The notes: generated by a model from the letters alone, not told the origin. A stretch of DNA of 64,000 nucleotides from a virus (IMGVR_UViG_3300027969_000042:113546-177545), one strand, 5' to 3'. Shown: positions 47,200-57,186, counted from the stretch's first letter. Numbers and translations: made by a program.

Positions 47200-49392
47200 T
47201 TATATACTTTTGAATCTTTCCATTATTGCAGTCATCTCATTATCAGACAATTTGTCTTCTTGGATTAAAGCTTCGTGTGCTACTAATTTCTTAGTTGTAG
47301 ATTCATTTTTTTTGATATTTCTAGTTCCCCAGAAATGCTCAATTTGATTTTCAGTTTTTAATACGTCTTCTGGATATAATCTAGCTTGTGACAAGATAGA
47401 TTTTTTAGCAGACTCGTTTAACTGACTCCAGATTGGCTTAATGTTTTCCGGCATCAATCTGATTACTCTTTCTTCAAGAGATTCATTCTTTGTTGATAAT
47501 GACTCTGCAATCAATGTAAGAACTTCTTTCTGTGTAAAATAACTACTTTCGTTTATGTGTAGTTTCACATTTTCTTGTTCTTCGTCTGATAATGCATAAA
47601 AGCTATCAACTTGTGATTTGTTTAAGAACTTTAAAAAGTTCAAATCACTGCTTTCAGAAACTTTACGTTTTTTAGCTTCTTCAATTAATTTATTTATTGA
47701 TTCAGAAAGTTCTGAGTCTTCTTCTCCCATAAATTGAGATTCAAGACCTTGACCTTCTTCACCTTCTAATTCTTCATGTTCTTCACCTTCGTGTCCTTCA
47801 CCTTCGTGTTCTCCAGCAAACTCTGCAGCATCTTCAGCAAACTCTTTAGCTTCTTCAGCAAATTCTTTAGCCTCTTCTGCAAATTCTTCGTGTCCTTCGT
47901 GTCCTGTGAATTCTTCATCTTCTTCTTGTCCTTCTAATTCATCTTCATTTTCTTCAAAACCAGCGTCTTGTAATGTAGGGAATTGAGCTTCATCACCTTC
48001 TTCAGTAGATTCATTTAATTTAAAACCACCATTTAATCTTTCAACGATCATTCCTTGATAAGAGATAGATTTATCTAAACTTTCAGCAACATATTCTGAG
48101 TAAGCGATGTTATCATCTAAATGTTCAGCAATGTATTCTGAGTAAGCAATGTTACCTTCTACGTGTTCTGCTAAATATTCTGAGTAAGCAATTGAGTTAT
48201 CAACATTCTCAGCAATATATTCTGAGTAAGCGATGTTTTTGTCTAAGTTTTCAGCGATATATTCTGAGTAAGCAATATTCTTATCTAAGTTTTCAGCCAA
48301 ATATTCAGAATATTCAATGTTTTTGTCTAAGTTTTCTGCTAAGTATTCTGAGTAAGAGATATTTTTATCTAAGTTCTCAGCAATATATTCTGAATAATTA
48401 ATGTTTTTGTCTAAGTTTTCTGCTAAGTATTCTGAATACTCAATGTTTTTGTCTAAGTTTTCTGCAACATATTCAGAGTAAGCAATAGCTTTTTCTAAAT
48501 TTTCAGCTAAATAGTCATTGTGTTTAGCTAATTTATCAGTTGTATCTTTTAATGATTTATTTTCATTAACTACAACTTGAATTTTGTCAGCTAAATAATC
48601 TAAATATTTAGCAACTTGTGAATTAGTATTATTTAATTCTTCATAATACTCTAACAATTGTTCCAATTTCTGTGGGCTCATATTACCTTTTGAAATTGCG
48701 CTTTTCACTTCACTCTTTGTTGAAGCAATCTCTTTAACCAAATACTGTGAATAGTCACTTAACTGTTTCTTGGTTACAAATTCATCTTTGTTCATATTGA
48801 ATAGTTCATTTATTTTTGACTCGTCAGATAATTCATATATCCTAAAGTTATTTTTTTCGATTTGTCCTTCTGGGCAAAAACCTAACGATTCATTTAATAC
48901 TCTAACACTCATTTTTGCTGATGCAAATCCAGGATCTGCAACAATGTCATAAGTAAAAAGTTTTTTTAATGATACTGAACCATCTGATTCTGTTATACCA
49001 GCTGCTCTTGATGATACAAAAACTGGACATCCGTCGTCAACTAATGATTTAGCTTCCTTACCCCAGTAAGTACTTAGCAATTTTATTTCTCCAGCAACAA
49101 TGTTCTTTTCCGCAACAAATTCTGCTTTTGTAATAATGTGTGATGCTCTTGATAACGAAGTATCAAAAACATCCGGGTGATCGAATTCACCATAAACAAC
49201 ACCTAGGCTGCTCATTCTTTCATTCATTTCTTGTAATGCTGGTAAAAATTTCTCAGCTTGATATATCCTCTCATTACGATTCTTTACACCAAACTCAGTA
49301 AAAGTACCACCCAATACATACTCCTTATTAGTAGAGGCTGACTCTCTAATAAGCGAACTTGTTGAATTTTCTACTATTAAAACCGGTTTCAT
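47200..49392 (-). CDS. gp21: Prohead protease (gp21-like) fused to a scaffold/core-like coiled-coil domain
   Basis: KNRNERIY, GEFDHP, VSSRAAG and YDIVADPGF, followed by about 500 aa of acidic coiled coil. Confidence 0.9.
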   Translation of the reverse strand: MKPVLIVENSTSSLIRESASTNKEYVLGGTFTEFGVKNRNERIYQAEKFLPALQEMNERMSSLGVVYGEFDHPDVFDTSLSRASHIITKAEFVAEKNIVAGEIKLLSTYWGKEAKSLVDDGCPVFVSSRAAGITESDGSVSLKKLFTYDIVADPGFASAKMSVRVLNESLGFCPEGQIEKNNFRIYELSDESKINELFNMNKDEFVTKKQLSDYSQYLVKEIASTKSEVKSAISKGNMSPQKLEQLLEYYEELNNTNSQVAKYLDYLADKIQVVVNENKSLKDTTDKLAKHNDYLAENLEKAIAYSEYVAENLDKNIEYSEYLAENLDKNINYSEYIAENLDKNISYSEYLAENLDKNIEYSEYLAENLDKNIAYSEYIAENLDKNIAYSEYIAENVDNSIAYSEYLAEHVEGNIAYSEYIAEHLDDNIAYSEYVAESLDKSISYQGMIVERLNGGFKLNESTEEGDEAQFPTLQDAGFEENEDELEGQEEDEEFTGHEGHEEFAEEAKEFAEEAKEFAEDAAEFAGEHEGEGHEGEEHEELEGEEGQGLESQFMGEEDSELSESINKLIEEAKKRKVSESSDLNFLKFLNKSQVDSFYALSDEEQENVKLHINESSYFTQKEVLTLIAESLSTKNESLEERVIRLMPENIKPIWSQLNESAKKSILSQARLYPEDVLKTENQIEHFWGTRNIKKNESTTKKLVAHEALIQEDKLSDNEMTAIMERFKSI
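48058..48519 (-). repeat. 11 tandem 42-nt (14-aa, SEYxAENLDKNIxY) coding repeats
   Basis: Counted in the translation of 47200..49392. Confidence 0.92.
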
Positions 49393-49578
49393 TTAAAATA
49401 ATTATTTTTTGTAGTTATTACGATGGTATATATTTAACCTGGAAAACAATAAAATTTTAAAGGTGGATTCTTTATAGTAAAAATCTTTTTTTAATTTTTA
49501 TTAGGTATATCTACTGGATTTTTTATCTTTGTGAAAATTTTGGAGGAGAAACGCTATATTTAATAAATACTTAAAAAA

Positions 49579-49986
49579 ATGCGGTTTTTTATGATCCTAT
49601 CAAGAGAGATAAATGTAAAAATCACTGAGTCAAATTACAACTATTATGATGATTTAGGATATGATGTATATATAAGTGAAGAAATTATAATTCCGGTTGA
49701 ATTATTACCAAAAGGATCACATTACAAAATCAAGTGTAAATGTGACAGTTGTGGAATTGAAAAAGAAGTAATCTATAAGAACTACTTAAAATATGATAAT
49801 GATTGGGGAGATTATTATTGTAGAAAGTGTTCCGAAGTTAAAAGAAAAGAAACATTAAGAAAAAATTTCGGAGTTGATTATCCGATACAGAATAAAAAAG
49901 TTTTAGAAAAAATGAAAAATACATTAGTACAGAAGTATGGAGTAGATAACATTTCTAAAAACAAAAAAAAATTAAATAATGAATAA
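49579..49986 (+). CDS. Zn-finger/KYGVDN DNA-binding module without a nuclease domain (homing endonuclease remnant)
   Basis: CDSC...CRKC and KYGVDNISK; similar to the N-terminus of 20592..21455. Confidence 0.6.
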   Translation: MRFFMILSREINVKITESNYNYYDDLGYDVYISEEIIIPVELLPKGSHYKIKCKCDSCGIEKEVIYKNYLKYDNDWGDYYCRKCSEVKRKETLRKNFGVDYPIQNKKVLEKMKNTLVQKYGVDNISKNKKKLNNE

Positions 49987-51862
49987 AATTAAAGAAGATA
50001 GTGTTTTTGAGGGCACTATCGATTTCGCAAACAGCGGAAATGCCTCAATAAATATAGGAGATAAAAATCTCTTCATATTTAAGAAAAATACACTTAACTC
50101 ACTTAATGGTGATAAAGTTAAGGTTAAAACGATAACTAAGAACAATAAAATTGAAGCCGAAGTTATTGAAGTTCTTGAAAGATTCAGAACACAATTTGTT
50201 GGTAAAGTACAAATAAATAAAGAAAACAAAAGACTAATCTTTGTAGTACCAGACAGTCAGAAAATAGGGGTCGACTTTTATATAAAAGGAGAAAACGATG
50301 CACTACAAGATCAAAAGGTTCTTGTAGAACTAATCGACTGGGAACCAGGAACAAAATCACCAAAAGCAAAAATAGTAGAGATACTTGGTAGTTCAGGTGA
50401 AAATAATGCAGAAATGAACTCAATTATGTATGAGTACGGTTTACCAAACAACTTTCCTTTAATGGTAGAAGCCGAAGCGGAATTGATAGACTTCACAATT
50501 CCCGAATCAGAAATCAGTAATAGACGAGATTTAAGAAATATCACAACATTTACAATTGACCCAGTCGACGCCAAAGATTTTGACGACGCTCTTTCGGTTA
50601 ATATACTTGATGATAATACAGTAGAAGTAGGCATACATATTGCAGACGTTTCACACTATGTTAAAGAAGGTGGGATAATTGATGAAGAAGCTATTAAAAG
50701 AGCAACATCAGTTTACTTAGTTGATAGATGTGTACCAATGTTACCAGAAAGATTGAGTAACGGTGTATGTTCATTAAGACCTAATGAAGATAAACTTTGT
50801 TTCTCAGTTATAGTTAAGTTAGATAGTGAAGGAAAACTATTAGATAAATGGTTTGGAAAAACTATAATACATTCAGATAGAAGATATTCTTATGAAGAAG
50901 CTCAAGAAATAATTGAAGGTAAAGAAGGAGATTTCAAAACCGAAATATTACTATTAGATACTATTGCTAAGAAGATGAGAAAACAAAGAATCAACGATGG
51001 TTCTATTGAAATGGGTGGTATAGAAGTTAGATTCAAATTAGAACCAACTACTAAGAAACCTATCGGAGTTTTCTTTAAAGAACAGAAAGATGCAAATAAA
51101 CTAATTGAAGAGTATATGTTACTTGCAAATAAATTAGTTGCGAAACTTCTTTATGATGCTAAGTATCACAATGTCTATAGAGTACATAGTACTCCCAATG
51201 TTGAAAAGTTAGAAGCACTTTCTTTAATATGTAAAAACTTTGGTTATACTTTAGATGTTGTTGAGAATACACAAGATTTAAAAAAATCTATAAATGAACT
51301 GGTTGCTGACATAAAAGGTAAACCAGAAGAAAATATGATTGAAACTTTAATTACAAGATGTATGTCTAAAGCAAGCTATACAATAGTAAACTCTGGACAC
51401 TATGGATTAGGATTTACTCATTATTCTCACTTTACATCACCAATTAGAAGATATCCTGACTTAATTACTCATAGAGTTCTATTAGACTTTTTGAATAAGA
51501 AGTCAAATGGAAGTCCTCAAAAGATTGAAGGTATGGCAAAATGGTGTTCTGAAAGAGAAATCTTGGCAGCAAAAGCTCAAAGAGACTCTATTAAATATAA
51601 ACAGATTGAATTCTTAGAAGATAAAATCGGACAAGTATTTGATGGAATTATATCAGGAGTAACTGATTGGGGAATGTATGTTGAGCTTATTGAAAGTAAA
51701 TGTGAAGGTATGGTTAGATATAATGGTAATCATAAAGTAGATGCAGAAAACTATACAGTGAATTTAAAATCAGGTGGATCAGTAAGATTAGGTGATGAAG
51801 TAAAAGTTATTGTAAAAGCAGTTGATCTAGACAGAAAACAAATCGATTTTGAATTGTTCTAA
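49979..51862 (+). CDS. rnr: Ribonuclease R (RNB family)
   Basis: Cold-shock domains, TIDPVDAKDFDDALS, HFTSPIRRYPDL and a C-terminal S1 domain. Confidence 0.95.
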   Translation: MNKIKEDSVFEGTIDFANSGNASINIGDKNLFIFKKNTLNSLNGDKVKVKTITKNNKIEAEVIEVLERFRTQFVGKVQINKENKRLIFVVPDSQKIGVDFYIKGENDALQDQKVLVELIDWEPGTKSPKAKIVEILGSSGENNAEMNSIMYEYGLPNNFPLMVEAEAELIDFTIPESEISNRRDLRNITTFTIDPVDAKDFDDALSVNILDDNTVEVGIHIADVSHYVKEGGIIDEEAIKRATSVYLVDRCVPMLPERLSNGVCSLRPNEDKLCFSVIVKLDSEGKLLDKWFGKTIIHSDRRYSYEEAQEIIEGKEGDFKTEILLLDTIAKKMRKQRINDGSIEMGGIEVRFKLEPTTKKPIGVFFKEQKDANKLIEEYMLLANKLVAKLLYDAKYHNVYRVHSTPNVEKLEALSLICKNFGYTLDVVENTQDLKKSINELVADIKGKPEENMIETLITRCMSKASYTIVNSGHYGLGFTHYSHFTSPIRRYPDLITHRVLLDFLNKKSNGSPQKIEGMAKWCSEREILAAKAQRDSIKYKQIEFLEDKIGQVFDGIISGVTDWGMYVELIESKCEGMVRYNGNHKVDAENYTVNLKSGGSVRLGDEVKVIVKAVDLDRKQIDFELF

Positions 51863-52281
51863 TGGACTATCTATTTGATGTTATATTAGCAGATGATTTA
51901 GAATTTGATGATTATAATTTAGCACTTTCTAATTATCCTACTTGGAAATCTATATATCGAGAGATAAAGTTAAACTTTCTTTTAGAGAGTGGTAAAAAAG
52001 TACAATTTGATATTGATGATATTCAGAAATATATTACACTTGATGATGTTCATCAACATCAAGTATCTTTAAAAAAGGTATGTTGTTCTATAACCGGAAT
52101 GACATTTATTTTAAATGATAATAAAATTAATAAACTTACTTTAAAGTCTAAAATACTTGATACCGAATGTGGTAAAATAGTTAAATCAATTGTTGATTCA
52201 GGTATAGAAATTAAAGTAAGTCAATTTCTATACGAAAAGACTTTAAACTTTATAATAGAAGCACCAAAAAATGCAGCATAA
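51862..52281 (+). CDS. Hypothetical protein
   Basis: ORF coupled to rnr and followed by a terminator. Confidence 0.55.
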   Translation: MDYLFDVILADDLEFDDYNLALSNYPTWKSIYREIKLNFLLESGKKVQFDIDDIQKYITLDDVHQHQVSLKKVCCSITGMTFILNDNKINKLTLKSKILDTECGKIVKSIVDSGIEIKVSQFLYEKTLNFIIEAPKNAA

Positions 52282-52309
52282 AAAATCCTTTCAATTGAAA
52301 GGATTTTTT
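52280..52309. terminator. Bidirectional intrinsic terminator
   Basis: AAAATCCTTTCA-AT-TGAAAGGATTTT. Confidence 0.85.
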
Positions 52310-52316
52310 ATTTATA

Positions 52317-54080
52317 TTAGAATTCAAACTCACCACCACCTTCTGGAGCAGCAGGTGCTTCAGGTGCGGCTTGAGGTGCGGCTTGAGCACCACCACCTTC
52401 TGGAGCGGCTTGAGCACCACCTTCTGGAGCAATTTGACCACCACCTTCTGGAGGTGCACCACCTTCGGCAGGCATTCCAGCACCACCTCCACCACCTTCT
52501 GATGGCATACCAGGTTCACCAGTCGCACCGGCCGCAGCGTTCATCGCATCTTTATCCCAGTATTTTTGATTTTCTGCTTTTTCCTCTGGACTAAGTTTAA
52601 AGATATTATCCATAATCCACTCAATATGAAAATAAGGTTTCTCACCATTCATTACACCAAGCATTGTACCAACAATACCTGCTTTCTTTTCTAAATTATT
52701 TAATTTCTTCCATTCTTCAAATACTTGATTTGAGAAGAAAGTAATATCAACTCCATTAGTAAAGAATTCATCTTCTATAAACTCAGGGAACTCTATCAAC
52801 ATTTGTAGTCTCAATGGTTTAACAATCAATTCTTTGAAATTTGCTCTTAACCTACTAATAAAGTTATGAAATTTAATCTCATCTCTTGTCATCTCAGCGG
52901 CATCAGTAACTAAATTACCACCACCATTATCACTTTCAAATCTTGACATTGGAATCTTAGAAGATCTTTTCAATGCTTTGAAGAACCAGTCTAACATTGA
53001 GTCATCATTTAAGTTATGTCCCTGTGGAGAAACTAATTCCATATTAGGAGTACCACCATCTCCATCAGGAAACCAAATTTGCTTGTTATATGGTAAGTGT
53101 TTAGAACCATTGATAGTCATCGTACCCAATGATTCATCCCATTCTACTTCTTCTGAATAATCATGTATCAATTGACCTATTTGTTCTTCAGCTCTTTGTC
53201 TAGACATCCCTTTAATCGGAATAGTAAACTTTTGATAAACAGTAGCATTGATAATGTTAAACATTATTCTCGTCTGTTGTAAAATCTTTAATTGATTATA
53301 AGGTTTAATTAAACCCTCTATGTATGATGTTTCAGAAAATTCGTTTTGAGTTGAATATGAAATATAAACTAATTGTGAATCTAAAAATATTCTTCTTAAT
53401 TGTGGATCTTCAGGAAACTGAATCCATAAGTGTCCTATACTTGGTTCATATGCAGGAACCACGGTCTCTGGTCTAATTCTATTAAATCCAATAATATTCT
53501 TCTTTTTATCATCATAAATAATCTCGAGTGCCAAATATCCATCAATCAAGAAATCCTTCATCATGTTCCAAGCAGTGATATTATCTGCAAATCCAAACTT
53601 GTTATAAATTCTCTCAAAATACTCTTGGTACTTATCTTGTACTTCTTGTGAATAAGACGTTGGAAGTGCCGTAACAGAACAGAAATCTCTCTCATCATTA
53701 TACACTATACATTCGTCTGCAACAGTGCTTATAAAGTCTCTAATTTCATCTTTAACTGAATACTCTCTTAAAATTCTTCTTTTATCTGCGTAAGCTTTAT
53801 CTAAATAGGGAATAGACTTTCTGTTTAATACTGATGCAACGGCTCTAGAACTAAAGAAATCATACATCGAATTTCCTTTAGCAGCATACGGATCCTCATT
53901 GATACCAATACCTACTTGATTTCTTACAATCATATCATCAAAGTTCATACCGTATGATGACAAGTTTCTCAAAATCCTACTAAATAATCCTTTGTTCTCA
54001 ACTCCAGATGAATTTACCATCGCAAAGTTTGACCCAACGTTATTTTGATTCTCTTGACTGAAATTATTATATGACGCCAT
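52317..54080 (-). CDS. gp20: Portal protein (T4 gp20-like)
   Basis: RLFYID-like LIDGYLALE, KPYNQLKILQ, PKGKAEQY-like SRQRAEEQI and RDEIKFHNFISRLR; Gly/Ala/Pro-rich tail. Confidence 0.92.
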   Translation of the reverse strand: MASYNNFSQENQNNVGSNFAMVNSSGVENKGLFSRILRNLSSYGMNFDDMIVRNQVGIGINEDPYAAKGNSMYDFFSSRAVASVLNRKSIPYLDKAYADKRRILREYSVKDEIRDFISTVADECIVYNDERDFCSVTALPTSYSQEVQDKYQEYFERIYNKFGFADNITAWNMMKDFLIDGYLALEIIYDDKKKNIIGFNRIRPETVVPAYEPSIGHLWIQFPEDPQLRRIFLDSQLVYISYSTQNEFSETSYIEGLIKPYNQLKILQQTRIMFNIINATVYQKFTIPIKGMSRQRAEEQIGQLIHDYSEEVEWDESLGTMTINGSKHLPYNKQIWFPDGDGGTPNMELVSPQGHNLNDDSMLDWFFKALKRSSKIPMSRFESDNGGGNLVTDAAEMTRDEIKFHNFISRLRANFKELIVKPLRLQMLIEFPEFIEDEFFTNGVDITFFSNQVFEEWKKLNNLEKKAGIVGTMLGVMNGEKPYFHIEWIMDNIFKLSPEEKAENQKYWDKDAMNAAAGATGEPGMPSEGGGGGAGMPAEGGAPPEGGGQIAPEGGAQAAPEGGGAQAAPQAAPEAPAAPEGGGEFEF

Positions 54081-54137
54081 ATTCTAAATTATCTTTCTTT
54101 ATATCTCTGTTTATTTTACTACAGAGTGGTTGCAAAT

Positions 54138-54146
54138 TATATATTA
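54138..54146 (-). promoter_or_regulatory. Putative late promoter TAATATATA (portal gene)
   Basis: Recurrent motif upstream of late genes. Confidence 0.6.
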
Positions 54147-54151
54147 AATTT

Positions 54152-54307
54152 CTAACATTTATTATCTTCATTAGACTTTTTATTTTTTTCAATATAAATG
54201 TATCTACCTGTTGGAGTAAGTTCTATATCGATTACACCTTTTTTAACCCAGTTACTTAGTGTTCTTCGGGTTATATTATATTTTTCCATTACATCTTTTG
54301 CTTTCAT
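54152..54307 (-). CDS. 51-aa MerR-type HTH protein resembling the IS607 TnpA N-terminus (below the ORF-track cutoff)
   Basis: MKAKDVMEKYNITRRTLSNWVKKGVIDIELTPTGRYIY...; TAATATATA at 54312..54320. Confidence 0.7.
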   Translation of the reverse strand: MKAKDVMEKYNITRRTLSNWVKKGVIDIELTPTGRYIYIEKNKKSNEDNKC

Positions 54308-54366
54308 ATAGTATATATTAAAAATGTGTTACCTCTTTTTCTACATTATACATATTTTTCTATATT

Positions 54367-55062
54367 TTATCTCTTTCCATACTTGGTAAGACTGGTCTGC
54401 AGACGTTTTATATGATCTCTCATAACATTATATTTGTCTGATATTTCGTTATTTACATCATAGAAGTCACTTAGAATAGATGAGATTACTTCTTTATGTC
54501 TTTCATTTCTACTAGAAAGTTTTGCTTGCCAGATTTGTACTAGTTTTTGTGGATCATATTTATTGATAGGATGTTGTGAGTAAAGAAATCTAGGTAGTAG
54601 TTCTAAATGAATTCTATGAACCAAAACTAGTTGTACTGCATTAAACTCCATTAAAGCATATTCAAATCCAGAATTTAACAATTCTTTATACATTCCTTCA
54701 TAATTTACTTTTAAGAAAGTATTATTCTCAAAGTCTTTTGGTAGTATATACTTATCAAATATCTGAGCTCTTATCTCCATTGGAATAAAATTAAAGTTGA
54801 CTGCAAATAAAATTACTTTATCTTCAAATTTCTTAAAATCAACAACAAATACTGGTGCAAATCGCATCCAATTAGAATCATCTTTATATGTGAAGAAATA
54901 GAAACCACCAGGATAAATATCTCTTATATTTATAGATTCAACATCTTTATCAGATTTTTGATACTTTTCATAAAAAAAAAGTGAATTATTTTTAAAATTC
55001 TCAACAATTCCATTTCCATTATAAAGTAAACTTAATTTTACACGTTCTAATAATTCTCCCAT
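54367..55062 (-). CDS. gp2: DNA end-protector-like protein (T4 gp2-like)
   Basis: PGGFYFFTY...FAPVF...AVNFNFIP..IR pattern; head-gene context. Confidence 0.55.
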   Translation of the reverse strand: MGELLERVKLSLLYNGNGIVENFKNNSLFFYEKYQKSDKDVESINIRDIYPGGFYFFTYKDDSNWMRFAPVFVVDFKKFEDKVILFAVNFNFIPMEIRAQIFDKYILPKDFENNTFLKVNYEGMYKELLNSGFEYALMEFNAVQLVLVHRIHLELLPRFLYSQHPINKYDPQKLVQIWQAKLSSRNERHKEVISSILSDFYDVNNEISDKYNVMRDHIKRLQTSLTKYGKR

Positions 55063-55964
55063 AACTCTTGACTAAGTATTTTTTCTATCTTATTATAATC
55101 TTTATAACTTATTCTTAAAATTTTAATATTATTATCTAGACAATATTTATTTTTAATATTATCTTTTATTTTAGTTAATTTTAAAGTATCATCTCCACCA
55201 AAAAAATCAATTGACCTTGAATGTTGTTTACCGTCAAACTCAATACACATATTTTTTTCTTTTAAATAGAAATCAAATGGTAAACATTTTTTATATAAAC
55301 AATCATCAAATTTATATTCTCTATTAAATATAATATCATTATTCAATAGATAATCTTGTATTCTTAATTCACCTTTACTACTCGAACACTTGGGACATCC
55401 AGAACCATTAACGTGTGTATTTGGTTGTTGGTTAAAAATACCATGTTTCTCACATATTATATTTACTTTAATCTTATCTGATATATAATCAACTTCCGAA
55501 TAGTCATATTTATTATTATGTATTATTTTTGATTGTTCTATAAATTTATTTTTATTTAATTTTAATCTATCTATCTTGGAACACTGATTACAACCGTTTC
55601 TATTTAGGTGATTTACCGGTGTTTCCATAAATTCTCCGTGTACTGGACAAATTATTACCACCTTAGTATTTCTATTTATATAATCAACTTTCGAATAATC
55701 AAATTTGAAGTTATATTTCATATTCGATTTTTCTATAAATTCATTATTCTTCCTTTGATTAAAAGAAACCAACTTACTTGAACACTTTTTACAAATATTT
55801 CCCTGTATATGATTAAGAGGGGTTTGTTCAAATTCACCGTGTACTGGACAAATTATAACTACCTTTTCCATACAATTTATATAAATAGTCTTTGAATAAT
55901 CATAAGTATCATTATGTACTTTCTTACCCTTTAAAATGAATTCTTCCTTTGTTAATTTTTTCAT
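55047..55964 (-). mobile_element. Free-standing homing endonuclease with repeated CPxHG zinc modules and a C-terminal PD-(D/E)xK (DUF559/Vsr-like) domain
   Basis: Three YDYS..Y....V.IIC..HG.F...P..H..G..C..C units; SKGE...FDFYL...IEFDGKQH. Confidence 0.8.
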
Positions 55965-56034
55965 ATATTATATATAAAAATTATCCATCCCTGTAATGAA
56001 TAATAAGGGAATTATTTTTATTTATATATAAAAT

Positions 56035-56562
56035 ATGATAAATTCAAAACCAAATAATAAGAACTACAATCAGGGAAATTTCATCCCGGTAAATAAGGAT
56101 AAAGTAATGAAACTAAATACTAATGGTGGAGTTTACTTTAGAAGCTCTTGGGAGAAGAGAATAATGACTTGGTTAGATAATAACTCAAGTATTTTAATGT
56201 GGGGTGCAGAGTGTCTTAAAATACCTTATCAAATGACTCATTTTGACAATGGTGATATGAAAGTTAAAGAACATTGTTACTATCCCGACTTTTATTATGA
56301 GATGCAACTTGCAGATGGAACTAGGAAAAGAGTTGTAGTTGAGGTAAAACCAATGAAAGAATACCAAATGGTAATTGATTTAAAAGAAGGTAAGATGAAT
56401 GTTCCTACAAATGGATTAAAGAAGTTAAAAAACTTCGAGTATGACCTCAAAATGGCTTATAAGAATAAGAATAAGTGGGAGACTATGATTTCTTGGTGTG
56501 ATAAGAAGGGTTATGATTTTATAATCATAACTGAACAACACTTAAAAAAGTTTGGAATATAA
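56035..56562 (+). CDS. gp4: Head completion nuclease (T4 gp4/TnsA-like)
   Basis: FRSSWEKR..WLDNN...WGAE..IPY...YYPDF...EVKP. Confidence 0.88.
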   Translation: MINSKPNNKNYNQGNFIPVNKDKVMKLNTNGGVYFRSSWEKRIMTWLDNNSSILMWGAECLKIPYQMTHFDNGDMKVKEHCYYPDFYYEMQLADGTRKRVVVEVKPMKEYQMVIDLKEGKMNVPTNGLKKLKNFEYDLKMAYKNKNKWETMISWCDKKGYDFIIITEQHLKKFGI

Positions 56563-56871
56563 TAAGATAAGTAGAATAATAATTGTTATATGAGGATATA
56601 AATAAGAAAATATTTGATATATTTTTTTATTTATATGATACAAAGGAAACTTTAATAGGTATGTTATAGTTAAGATATAGAAATATAACTTATACTCAGT
56701 AAATAAACCAATAAATACAAAGACATAGTATAATAGATTTATATAATAATATAAAACATCTAGTAATCTAATATTAGTTTTTTCAGAAAATCTCGTTTGT
56801 AAATAATCTCTATTTTTAAGAAAATAAATATTATTTATTATAAATAATAAAATTACTAAACTAACAATCAT
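56542..56871 (-). CDS. Small membrane protein
   Basis: Several hydrophobic segments. Confidence 0.55.
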   Translation of the reverse strand: MIVSLVILLFIINNIYFLKNRDYLQTRFSEKTNIRLLDVLYYYINLLYYVFVFIGLFTEYKLYFYILTITYLLKFPLYHINKKIYQIFSYLYPHITIIILLILLYSKLF

Positions 56872-57160
56872 TTGGTATTATATCTTTTAATTGTATTAGA
56901 TTATTAAATTCGTTTTGTAATAATCTAATTGTTTTGTCTATCTTTATTAGGTTGTAAACATCATCGTTTACCAAGACCTCAACTGGTTCACCAACTGCAG
57001 AATCATAATCATTTGGTATTTTTAAATTTTCTCTAAATTCATAGATTGATTTTAAATATTTTTGATTTGATTCTAGATCGATATGTAGTGAACATCCATC
57101 AGGTCTTGTTCCTTCATTACTAATTGACTCTTCCCAGATTTGAAGATAAACTTTATTCAT
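56861..57160 (-). CDS. Hypothetical protein
   Basis: 99-aa ORF with a realistic composition (WEES...RPDGCSLH). Confidence 0.6.
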   Translation of the reverse strand: MNKVYLQIWEESISNEGTRPDGCSLHIDLESNQKYLKSIYEFRENLKIPNDYDSAVGEPVEVLVNDDVYNLIKIDKTIRLLQNEFNNLIQLKDIIPNDC

Positions 57161-57186
57161 AAAAATTTGTTTAAAAGTATTCTATA

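Noticed and set aside
48058-48519. CRISPR array or DGR repeat
   Set aside because: The units are contiguous in-frame coding repeats with no unique spacers; no cas or reverse transcriptase gene is present in the window.
54081-54366. Complete IS607/IS200-605 element
   Set aside because: Only a 51-aa HTH is present; there is no serine recombinase catalytic domain and no tnpB.
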